From positions 1 through 64,000 of IMG/VR virus record IMGVR_UViG_2595698396_000001: a DNA stretch of 64,000 nucleotides; one strand, 5' to 3'. This document shows positions 17,940-28,370 of this stretch, piece by piece. A model generated the notes under the pieces. The model saw nothing but the letters and a program-made list of their open reading frames with translations. It did no database searches and was not told where the DNA came from. Every line of letters starts with the position of its first letter. Position 1 is the first letter of the stretch. The stretch comes from a virus. Lineage: Duplodnaviria; Caudoviricetes. Made by a program: the position numbers and the translations under genes.

Positions 17940-19016
17940 ATGGCTAAAATAGATAAAACATATCATGATTTATTATTGGATATATTACAGCGTGGTTACA
18001 CATATGAAGACCCTAATAGGAAAGGCGTTAATCGCATTCAGATATCGTCTGCTACAATTGAACATAATTTTAAGGACGGTTTTCCAGCTATAACAACTAA
18101 AAAGTTATATTGGAAAGGTATAGTAGGAGAACTACTATGGATTTTAAGAGGTGATACTAATATTAAATATCTTGTAGATAATAATATTAATATTTGGAAT
18201 AAAGATGCTTATAATTATTATTTAAAAGCTCATGAAGAAGAGTGTGCTACAGGATTAAGAAAATATTCTTTAGAGCAATTTATTAAAGAATCTAAAACTT
18301 ATAATGGGATTGGTAATATAGGTAGAGGATATGGTGCTCAATTGAGAGGTTGGAGATTTGGAGCATATGCTGATAAAAATAGCAATGTAGTTAATTGGAA
18401 TTATGGAGATATAGATCAGTTTGCAGAGCTTATAAACACTCTTAAAACTAATCCAATGGCTACTAAGAAGACAGTAACTTTTTGGAATCCAGCTGAGAAA
18501 GATCAATGTGCATTAACACCTTGTCATTGGAGTTTTGAAGTGTTGGTTGAACCTTTAAGTTTGGCACATAGAGATAATATTAGAACAACTTCTAAATCTG
18601 GTTTATTAACAGAAGAAAATTATGATGAATTAGGTATACCTAAATACCAATTCACTTTAAAATGGCATCAACATAGTGTAGATACATTCCTTGGATTACC
18701 CTTTAATATCGCTTCTTATGCACTTTTAGCACAAATCATAGGTAAGATGACCAATATGGTACCAAAAGGTATTATAGGTGACTTAAGTAATGTACATATT
18801 TATGAACCTCATTTAGATGCTGTTAAAGAACAGTTGAATAGAAATGTTGATAAGCATGGTGGATTTGAATTAGTACATTTGAAAACTGATGATTTTTATA
18901 ACAGTTTAGGTAAGGATTTAAGCTTATTGAACCATTTAAACTTAAATGATTTTGAAATAAAGGGTTATAAATCCTATCCAATAATAGCAGCTGAAATGCT
19001 TGCTTATAACAAATAA
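17940..19016 (+). CDS. thyA: thymidylate synthase
   Basis: FPAITTKK, ELLW, YGAQLR, LTPCHW, HSVDTFLGLPFNIASY, HIYEPH. Confidence 0.95.
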   Translation: MAKIDKTYHDLLLDILQRGYTYEDPNRKGVNRIQISSATIEHNFKDGFPAITTKKLYWKGIVGELLWILRGDTNIKYLVDNNINIWNKDAYNYYLKAHEEECATGLRKYSLEQFIKESKTYNGIGNIGRGYGAQLRGWRFGAYADKNSNVVNWNYGDIDQFAELINTLKTNPMATKKTVTFWNPAEKDQCALTPCHWSFEVLVEPLSLAHRDNIRTTSKSGLLTEENYDELGIPKYQFTLKWHQHSVDTFLGLPFNIASYALLAQIIGKMTNMVPKGIIGDLSNVHIYEPHLDAVKEQLNRNVDKHGGFELVHLKTDDFYNSLGKDLSLLNHLNLNDFEIKGYKSYPIIAAEMLAYNK

Positions 19017-19022
19017 ATAACT

Positions 19023-19526
19023 ATGAATGCATACAAACAACTGAGTTCACTAACTTTTACGAATTATAATGATATTTTAGAATTCTTAAATGGTAAGACT
19101 ATGCGTATTTTAAATACTAAAGGTAGTCATAGTTATGGACCTATAGGTACTGAATTTATATTCAGAAAACCTATGAATCCCTTACTTTCAATACCTTCGA
19201 TGGTAGGTGATAATGAAACTATTAAAATACCTAGTTCTTTTGGAGCTTGTCAAAGGGTAGATGATAATTTATCTAGAGGTAATAGTTTAAGAACTGATCA
19301 ATTTTTGATAGTAAATTTTGAAGAAAAGAAATCAAATATAATTTCTAAAATAGTAAGTTTAGAGAAACAACGACAAGAACTGGATAATGATATAGATACA
19401 TTAAGAGGGAAGTTAGGTTTCTTACAAGAAACGGGGCACACTACATATTACGAAGAAGAACATGCTAAATTTGAAAAACTTAGCTTATCTAAAAAACGTA
19501 AATATGTAGAAGGTGTAAACAAATAA
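19023..19526 (+). CDS. hypothetical protein with C-terminal coiled coil
   Basis: 167-aa ORF. Confidence 0.7.
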   Translation: MNAYKQLSSLTFTNYNDILEFLNGKTMRILNTKGSHSYGPIGTEFIFRKPMNPLLSIPSMVGDNETIKIPSSFGACQRVDDNLSRGNSLRTDQFLIVNFEEKKSNIISKIVSLEKQRQELDNDIDTLRGKLGFLQETGHTTYYEEEHAKFEKLSLSKKRKYVEGVNK

Positions 19527-19564
19527 TTTAAATTAGAGGTAGGTAGAAGGTCGGAGAAGAGTTA

Positions 19565-20239
19565 ATGGCAACATTAGTATATGTAGTAGGAAAAAGTGGA
19601 AGAGGTAAGAGTACAAGTTGTATGAATCTTGATCCCGATAGCACGGCTATCGTAAATAGCGATCAGAAAGATCTACCTTTCCCTCAATTTAAATCAAAGT
19701 ATAACAAGGAAAAGAATAATTATTTACAATCAAGTAACATTGTAGAGATTACAAATTTTTTAAAAGGTATTCAAGGGAATAAACAAATAAAGACACTGGT
19801 CATAGATACCTGGTCTAGAATAATGACAGATTCCGTAATGTCTAACTCTTTTAGAAATGCTAGTAATGGAATGCAAGCTTGGTCAAATATGTCTTTTGAA
19901 AATTATAATTTACTTAATATCATTAACGAAAAGTTAAGAGAAGATATTATAGTTTATATAATGTGTCATCCAGAGACAGTATATGATGAAAGCGGATTCG
20001 CTAGAGAAAGAATTGCAGTTCAAGGTCAACAGTTAAAGAAAATGGAACCAGAAAGTTTTAGTAGTATTGTATTATATGCAGAGGCTATTAAAAATCCAGG
20101 TGAACCAGTTAGCTATTTCTTTAGAACTGCGACTACAGGTAATGACAGTTGTAAAACGCCAATAGGGATGTTTGATGAAGAGTTAGTACCTAATGATTTA
20201 GTAGCTATAAATGATACAATAATTAAATATTATTCTTAA
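19565..20239 (+). CDS. AAA_24/Sak4-like P-loop ATPase
   Basis: GKSGRGKST, LVIDT, MCH, CKTPIGMF. Confidence 0.85.
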   Translation: MATLVYVVGKSGRGKSTSCMNLDPDSTAIVNSDQKDLPFPQFKSKYNKEKNNYLQSSNIVEITNFLKGIQGNKQIKTLVIDTWSRIMTDSVMSNSFRNASNGMQAWSNMSFENYNLLNIINEKLREDIIVYIMCHPETVYDESGFARERIAVQGQQLKKMEPESFSSIVLYAEAIKNPGEPVSYFFRTATTGNDSCKTPIGMFDEELVPNDLVAINDTIIKYYS

Positions 20240-20252
20240 TAAAAATATATAT

Positions 20253-20921
20253 ATGAGCAAGATTAACTTAAACAGTTTTGTACAAGAAGATAAAGAAGTA
20301 GTAGTTTTTAATAATGGAACTGCTGGACGAGTAAAAGGAGTTACAGTTAGTGTAAGTAAAAAGAAACCAGAAGATTCAGCCAATTCTCCTGATTTTAAAA
20401 TTTTCACTACGGATTCCAATGGTGGATCTGTGAATTTGGGTATTTATTACCCTACCGAAAGAACTAAAGATAGTGAAATTAAAATTCGCTATAACCAAAT
20501 GGTTAGTTTATTATTTGCATTGAATCCATCGCTTAGAGATAAAGCATTACCTGAATTTGAAAATAATCGTCAAGGTTATGATTTCTTAATTCAAGAAATT
20601 GCTAAAAACTCAAAAGCGAGTTTAATTAATGTTTTCGTTAGTTATGGTATTAGAAAAAAGCCTGAAACTTATTTAAGCTTTAGAGCTTATAATATTTTTG
20701 AAGCTGGTAATACTTCTGACGAAACAACTAGACTTAAAGTAGTACGTAAAGATAATGAGTATGATGATGTGATGACTAGACCTGAAGCTACAAACTTCGA
20801 TAGTCAACAAGAATTAGATCCATTTTCTCAAAATGAAATTCCTCAATCACCTAGTGCACCTGTAGAAGGTTCAGCTGATTTAGGTAGTAAAGATACTACT
20901 GACTGGTCTAACTTATCATAA
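20253..20921 (+). CDS. probable single-stranded DNA-binding protein
   Basis: Between Sak4-like ATPase and primase; acidic disordered C-terminal tail with a near-terminal Trp. Confidence 0.55.
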   Translation: MSKINLNSFVQEDKEVVVFNNGTAGRVKGVTVSVSKKKPEDSANSPDFKIFTTDSNGGSVNLGIYYPTERTKDSEIKIRYNQMVSLLFALNPSLRDKALPEFENNRQGYDFLIQEIAKNSKASLINVFVSYGIRKKPETYLSFRAYNIFEAGNTSDETTRLKVVRKDNEYDDVMTRPEATNFDSQQELDPFSQNEIPQSPSAPVEGSADLGSKDTTDWSNLS

Positions 20922-20926
20922 TAATA

Positions 20927-20963
20927 ATATACCCTCCTTGCAATATAGGAGGGTATTAATTTT
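20927..20963 (+). terminator. hairpin/terminator
   Basis: ATACCCTCCT-loop-AGGAGGGTAT. Confidence 0.6.
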
Positions 20964-20970
20964 AACATAA

Positions 20971-22044
20971 ATGGTTGATATATTAAAAGAAGCTAATATG
21001 AAACCTTTTATTACATCTGAGATTATACTTGAAAGATTGAATCCTATAGATGTGTATAAGATGTATATAAAAGATGAATTTGTTGTAAATAGACCCTTTT
21101 CATCACCTTTTAGATCAGATAATATACCATCTTTTTCAATCTACCAAGATAGACGATCAGATCAGATATTATTTAATGATTTCGTAGAAGGTGGTGGGAA
21201 TTGTATTCAATTTGTTAAAAAGTTATTTAATAGTACATGGTATCAAGCATGTAGTAGAATAGCTATAGATTTCAAAATCAGTGATGATTATACAGTCGAT
21301 AAAATGAATAATACACCCAATGTCAATTTACAAAATACATTAGATAGAGAAGTTAAAGTTAAATCAAAAATAGTAAATCTGCAAGTTAAAATTAGAAATT
21401 ATAATTCTGATGATATTGCATATTGGGATTCTTATGGAATTTCCATGGAAACATTAAAGAGATATGAAGTATATCCTATATCTCATATATTCATGGTTAC
21501 AGATAATAAAACCCATATCTTGACGGCTGATAAACTAGCTTTTACATTCATTGAAAGAAAAGATTTGAAAATTACAATGAAAATTTATCAGCCTTTTTCA
21601 AGGTATAAATGGTTTAACAATCATGATTTTTCAGTCTGGCAAGGTTGGAATCAATTACCTAGTGATGACCACATATTAGTATTAACTAAATCTTTGAAAG
21701 ATGTAATGTCTATAGTTGAAAACACAGATTTTTCCTCAGTTTCTTTACAACAAGAAAATGCTGTAGCGAAAGAAAATGTAGTAGACGAACTCAAAGATAG
21801 ATTTGATTGGATATTCGTATTATACGATAACGATTATGATAAAGATACTAATTGGGGTGAGAAATTTGGTAAAGAGTTTTCAGAAAAACACAATCTCATA
21901 TTTATAATGATCCCTAGTAAGTACAAGTGTACTGACTTTACAGATCTAGTTAAAAAATTGGGAAAAAAAGCTGCGGCTATAATATTAAAAGGATTAATAA
22001 AAGAATATTTTAAAAACAAAGAAAATGACAGAAATGGACAGTAA
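20971..22044 (+). CDS. DNA primase (crAss-type, TOPRIM)
   Basis: SPFRSDNIPSF, FNDF.GGGNC, TKSLKDVM, YDND, CTDFTD. Confidence 0.85.
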   Translation: MVDILKEANMKPFITSEIILERLNPIDVYKMYIKDEFVVNRPFSSPFRSDNIPSFSIYQDRRSDQILFNDFVEGGGNCIQFVKKLFNSTWYQACSRIAIDFKISDDYTVDKMNNTPNVNLQNTLDREVKVKSKIVNLQVKIRNYNSDDIAYWDSYGISMETLKRYEVYPISHIFMVTDNKTHILTADKLAFTFIERKDLKITMKIYQPFSRYKWFNNHDFSVWQGWNQLPSDDHILVLTKSLKDVMSIVENTDFSSVSLQQENAVAKENVVDELKDRFDWIFVLYDNDYDKDTNWGEKFGKEFSEKHNLIFIMIPSKYKCTDFTDLVKKLGKKAAAIILKGLIKEYFKNKENDRNGQ

Positions 22045-22510
22045 GCTTGAGGAAATAAAAGAAAAATACGGAAAAAATTCTATTTTAGTGGGAGTGTATG
22101 GTACACTTAGAACAGATCAAAGTAATCACGCACTATTGAAAGGTAATAGTACTAGATTAGGTTTAGTTGAAACAGATCCTGAGTATACTTTGTATCATTT
22201 AGGTGGATTTCCTGGATTAGTTAAAAATGGTGAAACTTCGGTAGTATTAGAAGTATTTGTTGTACCTAGTACAAGAGTTCAACAAAATCTAGATTATTTA
22301 GAAGGATATAGAGGTGAAGAATTTAATGATCCTGAAAATCCTCATTCTAATATGTATAACAAAGAACTTATTGATACAGAGTTTGGACCTACTTATATCT
22401 ACATTTATAATGCTAGACCAGGTAGAGTTTCACAACGTATCATTGAAAGTGGTGATTGGATTAAAAGAAATGAGAAAGCACCAGAAACAGAAACTAAAAT
22501 CGCAAACTAA
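22025..22510 (+). CDS. gamma-glutamylcyclotransferase (GGCT/AIG2-like)
   Basis: VYGTLR, GFPGL, LDYLEG, IESGDW. Confidence 0.88.
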   Translation: MTEMDSKLEEIKEKYGKNSILVGVYGTLRTDQSNHALLKGNSTRLGLVETDPEYTLYHLGGFPGLVKNGETSVVLEVFVVPSTRVQQNLDYLEGYRGEEFNDPENPHSNMYNKELIDTEFGPTYIYIYNARPGRVSQRIIESGDWIKRNEKAPETETKIAN

Positions 22511-23379
22511 TGAAAAAAAGATTCACAAAATTTAAACCTCAAGTATATAGTAGACATCCTTCGCATGCACCTTTAAGACTTAAGGGTGCATTAGAGTTAT
22601 TACCTTTTAAATCTGTAGTAAGATTTGGTTCTCCTACTGAAGTTAGTGATAGTATCGCTAAAGGTGGTAATAGAGTGGAGTTGAATACTACATCCGCAAT
22701 AGCTAATAGTAGTAATAAGCGTTTAATGAAAGAATGTTTCACTAGAGCGGAGGTTAAAACTGCAATGTGGTGGACATATGATTCAAGAGTTCAAATTTTC
22801 ATTAAGTCAGGTATAGGTGATTCAGGTATGTCAAGAGCTGATTTACCTTATCCTATTGTAGCTAAACATAATTTCGGAAGTAGAGGTAGAGGTAATACCA
22901 AAATTAATACAGCTGAAGAAATGCAAACTTGGTTATCTAATAATAATAGAACTCATAACTTTATATTTGAGGTGTTTCATAACTTCTCAAGAGAATATAG
23001 ATTGCATGTCAGTGAGCATGGATGTTTCTATACATGTAGAAAGATGATTAAATCTGATACTGCCGATGAGGATAAATGGTTCAGAAATGATTCTAATTCT
23101 GTATGGATATTAGAAGATAACGAAAGTTTTGATAAACCTGTTAATTGGGATGAGGTAGAAGAACATTGTGTTAAAGCGCTTAAAAGTGTAGGTTTAGATT
23201 TCGGAGCAGTTGATTTAAAAATTCAAGCTGCTAATTCAAACGGAACACCTAGGACTACATGTGATTTCATAGTTATTGAAATTAATTCAGCTCCATCTTT
23301 TGGAGATATTACACTTGAGAAATACAAAGAAGTATTACCTCAATTACTAAAAACAAAAAGAGAAAAACAAACAGTATGA
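22510..23379 (+). CDS. ATP-grasp ligase (RimK-like)
   Basis: YPIVAK, GSRGRG, REYRLHV, GLDFGAVD, IEINSAPS. Confidence 0.88.
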   Translation: MKKRFTKFKPQVYSRHPSHAPLRLKGALELLPFKSVVRFGSPTEVSDSIAKGGNRVELNTTSAIANSSNKRLMKECFTRAEVKTAMWWTYDSRVQIFIKSGIGDSGMSRADLPYPIVAKHNFGSRGRGNTKINTAEEMQTWLSNNNRTHNFIFEVFHNFSREYRLHVSEHGCFYTCRKMIKSDTADEDKWFRNDSNSVWILEDNESFDKPVNWDEVEEHCVKALKSVGLDFGAVDLKIQAANSNGTPRTTCDFIVIEINSAPSFGDITLEKYKEVLPQLLKTKREKQTV

Positions 23380-24194
23380 AAAAAACAGTATTTATAATAG
23401 GATCAGATCCTGAGATATTCGTAAAGGAAATAGCCACTGGACTAGTAGGCTCAATTATAGGTGTATTAGGTGGCACAAAAGATGAACCTATTAAAATTAC
23501 TAACAACTGCGCAGTACAGGAAGACAACATATTAGCTGAGTTTAATATTCCACCTGTATCTTCAAAAGAAGAATTTATAGGTCATATTGATCATTGTAAA
23601 GACTATATTAGCACATTAGCAGCAGCTAAAGGTTTAGCACTTTACTACTCAAGTAGTGAGCAAGTACCTGATAGTGCTATTACTGATGATAAAGCTAAAG
23701 TTTTCGGATGTGCTCCATCTATCAATATTATTACTGAACAAGTAAGCGCTATTGAAATGAACGAGCTATCTGAAGAAGCTAAGAAACTTAGAACATCAGG
23801 TTTTCATATTCATTTTGGATATGATGAGCCTACTGATGAAATTAATGAGAGAATAGTATTAGCTTTCGAGTTAATGACTTCAATCCCATTGAATAAATTT
23901 GACAATGATAAGTTTCATAGAAGACAGTTATATGGACGATTTGGAGACTGTAGATTTAAAGACTATGGTGTTGAATGTAGATCTTTAGGAGGTTATTTTC
24001 TTAAAGATCATTACACATTATCTCTAGTATGGGATAAAATACAAGAAACAATCAATTTAGTTAACAGCGATGTTCCTACCAGTAAAATTAAAGACATGGT
24101 GGAATATTGTTTGGGAGACAATGATATTGTAATTGAAGAAAACGTTTTAGAAGTACAAAAAGAATTAAATACAACATTAATATTACAAAAATAA
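23376..24194 (+). CDS. phiEco32-like COOH-NH2 ligase type 2
   Basis: IGSDPEIF, GGTKDEP, QEDNILAEFN, FGCAP, GFHIHFG, RRQLYG, YGVECRSL. Confidence 0.85.
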   Translation: MKKTVFIIGSDPEIFVKEIATGLVGSIIGVLGGTKDEPIKITNNCAVQEDNILAEFNIPPVSSKEEFIGHIDHCKDYISTLAAAKGLALYYSSSEQVPDSAITDDKAKVFGCAPSINIITEQVSAIEMNELSEEAKKLRTSGFHIHFGYDEPTDEINERIVLAFELMTSIPLNKFDNDKFHRRQLYGRFGDCRFKDYGVECRSLGGYFLKDHYTLSLVWDKIQETINLVNSDVPTSKIKDMVEYCLGDNDIVIEENVLEVQKELNTTLILQK

Positions 24195-24200
24195 AACAAA

Positions 24201-26117
24201 ATGACAATAATTGAAATAATTTTAGTAGCATTATTCATTCATACAGTAGGATTTTTTCTTACTAAAAAGAGAAGAATTAACAACGTGATAAGTTGTGGAT
24301 TATTTGGATGGATTGGAGCTACTCCAGAAGAGTTCAATAAAGATAAGTTTGATAAATTAGGTATTCAAAATGAAACAAGAGGTAAGCATTCTTGTGGTGT
24401 ATCAGTAGATGGAGAGCTTTACAAAGGAGTAGATTCTGAGAAAGAGTATAGAGATTTTATTGCAGGATCATCATATCCTCTACCTACTAAAATACCAGCA
24501 GTTATAGGTCATACTAGATATGCTACTGGAGGTGCTCATAATGCTCAGAATGCTCACCCATTTAAGTTTGTTAACGATGAATCAGATCCTTCAGCTTTTA
24601 CAATTGGTGCTCATAATGGTGTAATTAAAAACTATAAAGAGTTAGGTGAAGAATTTGGAATTGAAGTAGGTGATAAGATTGATAGTGAAGTATTACTTGA
24701 AATATTATCAAAAGATAACATAGATGTATTGTTGAAATATTATGGTGCAGCCGCATTATTAATTTATTCTACAATAGATCCTGATTCTTTATGGGTATTT
24801 AAAGGCTCTAGTTTATCTAGTAGTTATGTTAGAACACCTGCAACAGAAGAAAGACCTTTATTTTTCTATCAAGAATCTCCTACCAGTATGTATATTTCAT
24901 CTTTACTTGCACCTTTAAGAGGTATTTGTGAGAATGATAAACAAAAAGCGGAAGCTGTAATGGAATTCAGATCGAATATTTTGTACAAAATTAAAGAAGG
25001 TACAATTGTAAAAAGGCTTGAGATTGATAGATCTAAAATGAACCAAACAGGCGCTCCTTATGTTAGACCTACTAACAATAATGCTGCAAAAAAGGAAACG
25101 GGCGAGGTAAACACAAGCAGTCAAACTACAATAAAATTAACAGAAGGTAGTAAACAAACTGATTCAGACAATACATCGTCCACAAGAATAAATACAGTGT
25201 CTGAAAATTCAACTGGTTCTCATACTATTAATAATTTACATTATGAGAAAGCAGTATTCGAAAACACTGAAGACCCTATCTACTATGAAAATACTAGATA
25301 TAAATCTAAAGGTAAACTTGTAACAGGAGTTTGTATTTTAACTGAAGAGGCTGGATTTTTAAATGTGGCTTCAGATTCTCGTAAAGCTAAAGAAGCTTTG
25401 AAAAACTTTTCGTATGTAGAAGAAGGGTCTAATAATCTAATTAAATTTGGTGATATATCAGAATGTACATTATTTTTCATACATGAAGGTGTACTTTTAA
25501 AAAGTGAACTAGACTATGAAGCTTGTGTAGGACATCTTTCAGATTATGGTGCTAAAAAGATATTGACTAGTAAATATAGTTTTATGTCTGAGTATCCACT
25601 TATTGATATTACCAGAGCGGCTGATGGTATTGTTTATACTACTAATCAAATGACAGTTAAAGAAAACAAATATTTTTCAGGTTCATTCTCACCAATAGGA
25701 GCTTATAAAACTTATCGAATAAATTATGGTGATTTAACAAGTTTTATAATAAAAACTGATTTAAACAGTCCTAAAAGTTCTGTTAAAACGCTATCTATTT
25801 ATAATGATGGTGATTTTTCTGATATAACTGATAATATGACAGGTGGTCCTGAAGAGGATGATGATGATGTATTTGAAGAAAACTTATCAAATGAACTTAA
25901 TGATGCTTCTGAAGATGATATTAAGAGAATAATTACTCTTAAAGATGAATTGAACACTGCACTTTCATATGGTTTGATAGAGATTGATTCTCTTACAATA
26001 CCTGAATCTGTAATGTTAGATGAATTTTCAAATTTCATTAAAGATACTCAAAAACGTTTCAAATCTATCTCTGCAATGATAGAAGAATCAATTAACAATA
26101 ACGTAACAAACGATTAA
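24201..26117 (+). CDS. class II (Ntn) glutamine amidotransferase with hydrophobic leader
   Basis: CGLFG, RGKHSCG, GHTRYAT, NAHPF, HNGVI, DSE, ERPL. Confidence 0.88.
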   Translation: MTIIEIILVALFIHTVGFFLTKKRRINNVISCGLFGWIGATPEEFNKDKFDKLGIQNETRGKHSCGVSVDGELYKGVDSEKEYRDFIAGSSYPLPTKIPAVIGHTRYATGGAHNAQNAHPFKFVNDESDPSAFTIGAHNGVIKNYKELGEEFGIEVGDKIDSEVLLEILSKDNIDVLLKYYGAAALLIYSTIDPDSLWVFKGSSLSSSYVRTPATEERPLFFYQESPTSMYISSLLAPLRGICENDKQKAEAVMEFRSNILYKIKEGTIVKRLEIDRSKMNQTGAPYVRPTNNNAAKKETGEVNTSSQTTIKLTEGSKQTDSDNTSSTRINTVSENSTGSHTINNLHYEKAVFENTEDPIYYENTRYKSKGKLVTGVCILTEEAGFLNVASDSRKAKEALKNFSYVEEGSNNLIKFGDISECTLFFIHEGVLLKSELDYEACVGHLSDYGAKKILTSKYSFMSEYPLIDITRAADGIVYTTNQMTVKENKYFSGSFSPIGAYKTYRINYGDLTSFIIKTDLNSPKSSVKTLSIYNDGDFSDITDNMTGGPEEDDDDVFEENLSNELNDASEDDIKRIITLKDELNTALSYGLIEIDSLTIPESVMLDEFSNFIKDTQKRFKSISAMIEESINNNVTND

Positions 26118-26121
26118 TATT

Positions 26122-27669
26122 ATGTCAACAAATATGGTAAAAACATATACAGGTAAAACTGCACCTAAAAGCAAGTGTAAAAGAATCAAAAACAGCTACT
26201 ATTTAGTAGGTGATCCTTCTGTTAAGGATAGCGGTGAATGTTATTTTGTAGAAGGTAAATATCATAGATTTAATAATGGTTATATTGAGTATGATCATTC
26301 TTTGAGTAAATATGTTTTAATTCATAAAACTACTTTACGAGAAGGAATCGTAGATTATGATGAAGAAGGTAATGAATTCATAAGTGGAATGTTTAGTCCT
26401 GATATTTCTTCAAATGTCCAAATTGTAACAAATTCTGATACAGGATCGAAAGAAATTTGTATAAGTGAGGAGATTGCTAAAAAAGGTAAGTTTAGAGAAA
26501 GATTATCAACAGGTACTTTCTTTGATAGAACAATCAAAAATGCCACCTGGTTTAATCGTATCACAAAAGCTCCTGTTTCAAAAAGTTCATTACCTTACGA
26601 AAGTAGATTTGTATCTAAGCTTACTGAAGCTGAACATACTAAAAGTTTCAAACCAGAGTATAATTCAGTTCAATTGAACAGATTTGGAGATTTTCTTCAA
26701 AATAATGGTATCACATTCGGTTTAGAATTTGAAACTACAGCTGGTTATATTCCAGAGCGTTTATGTTATAAGTATGGATTAATCCCTCTTAGAGATGGTA
26801 GTATTGAAGGCTTGGAGTATGTGACAATACCTTTTTCAGGTAGAAATGGTTTATATGCTCTTAAGGAAATTACCAAAGAATTGTCTAAGAGAACTAAGAA
26901 CGACTTTACATGTGCTTTACACCTCCATATAGGAGGTTTATCTAGAACTGAAGAGTCAGTGTTATCAGCTTTCATTTTAAGCTGTTTAACGCAGGATGAG
27001 CAGTTTTTAATGCAACCTGATTATAAAAGAGGTGGTTCTAAAGTTCAAAAGCAGGATTATTGTGCTCCATTACCAGTTAAAAACATTTTCAGTAAGATGC
27101 CAGAAGTTATCAAACCTGAAAATGTTACAACATGGTTTAAAAAAGTATTCAATTTTGTGTCAGATGGTAAATCTTATGATTCATATAAAGGTACTTTGGA
27201 TAACATCGAAACTCACCCTTCAGATCCATCTGGTAGAAGTAAGTGGAATATCAGAAGTAGATATTTTTACTTAAACTTCGTACCTCTTATTTTTGGTAAT
27301 AAGAAAACTGTAGAATTCAGACATCATCACATTACTACAGATTTTGATAAAATTATGAATCTTATTTTCAATTGTGCATTATTTGTATGGACAGCTGAAA
27401 ATTGCAAGGATTCATTATTTAATGATAAATCTGAGTTGTTTTCTAAATTAATCAAGAGAAAGAATCAATCTACAGCAACGTTGGTTGAAAACTTTCTTAA
27501 ATACGACGGTCATTCTTCACTTATGGAAATAGGTAAGAGACATATTGACTATGTCGAAATTAGAAAAACAGTTATGTCTGAGTTATCAGCTGCGGGTGAT
27601 GTTAAAGCTGTCAAAGAAAAAGCTCATGATGCATTATATAATGAATTAGGATCTGACTTTTGGAAGTAA
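26122..27669 (+). CDS. putative amidoligase (COOH-NH2 ligase fold)
   Basis: FGLEFET, DGSI, EYVT, CALHLHIG, RYFYLN, TVEFRH. Confidence 0.85.
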   Translation: MSTNMVKTYTGKTAPKSKCKRIKNSYYLVGDPSVKDSGECYFVEGKYHRFNNGYIEYDHSLSKYVLIHKTTLREGIVDYDEEGNEFISGMFSPDISSNVQIVTNSDTGSKEICISEEIAKKGKFRERLSTGTFFDRTIKNATWFNRITKAPVSKSSLPYESRFVSKLTEAEHTKSFKPEYNSVQLNRFGDFLQNNGITFGLEFETTAGYIPERLCYKYGLIPLRDGSIEGLEYVTIPFSGRNGLYALKEITKELSKRTKNDFTCALHLHIGGLSRTEESVLSAFILSCLTQDEQFLMQPDYKRGGSKVQKQDYCAPLPVKNIFSKMPEVIKPENVTTWFKKVFNFVSDGKSYDSYKGTLDNIETHPSDPSGRSKWNIRSRYFYLNFVPLIFGNKKTVEFRHHHITTDFDKIMNLIFNCALFVWTAENCKDSLFNDKSELFSKLIKRKNQSTATLVENFLKYDGHSSLMEIGKRHIDYVEIRKTVMSELSAAGDVKAVKEKAHDALYNELGSDFWK

Positions 27670-28370
27670 AAGATGTAAAACTAAATTGGGCTAAATTAAT
27701 GGGTAAATGGTATGATAGGGAGGACATAAAGTCCTTCCTACATTCATTTTATGTTAAGAAATTAATGTTCCATCTATTTAAAACTTATCAAAGTGGTAAA
27801 AAGATTAGCCCTGGACCTAATAATATTTTCAAAGCATTTGAATTAACAGAACCTAATAATTTGAAAGTAGTTATTATTGGAAAAGAACCTTATCGTGATG
27901 GCTCTGCCATAGGTGTAGCATATGGTAATGTAAATTCTAGATCTCAAATATCTAATAGTTTGTTTAAAATATTAGAGAAAGTAGAATTAGATTTTTCAAC
28001 TCTTAAAATTGATGAAGATATAACATTATCTACATGGTCTGATCAAGGTGTATTACTATTAAACTCCGCACTGACTGTAGAAAATAGTAAACCTGGTAGT
28101 CATTTAGATCCTTGGTATAACTTCATAAAATTTTTCGTTAGATATATATCTGATACAATGCCTGGTACAATATTCCTATTAGTAGGAGAAGAAGCTCAAA
28201 GATTTGAAAAATTTGACGATTTTGATTTAAATAAAACTTGTCATATTTTTAAAGCTGAAGATCCTATCCAAGCTGTTAAACAGTTTAGAACTTGGAATTG
28301 CAAAGCATTTAAAGAAATTAACAAAATATTAGAATATAGAAATGGAAAAGAATTTTGTATTGAATGGTGA
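27660..28370 (+). CDS. ung: family 1 uracil-DNA glycosylase-like protein, divergent active site
   Basis: IFKAF, KVVIIGKEPY, WSDQGVLLLNSALTV, PGSH; HPSP motif absent. Confidence 0.8.
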   Translation: MEVKDVKLNWAKLMGKWYDREDIKSFLHSFYVKKLMFHLFKTYQSGKKISPGPNNIFKAFELTEPNNLKVVIIGKEPYRDGSAIGVAYGNVNSRSQISNSLFKILEKVELDFSTLKIDEDITLSTWSDQGVLLLNSALTVENSKPGSHLDPWYNFIKFFVRYISDTMPGTIFLLVGEEAQRFEKFDDFDLNKTCHIFKAEDPIQAVKQFRTWNCKAFKEINKILEYRNGKEFCIEW

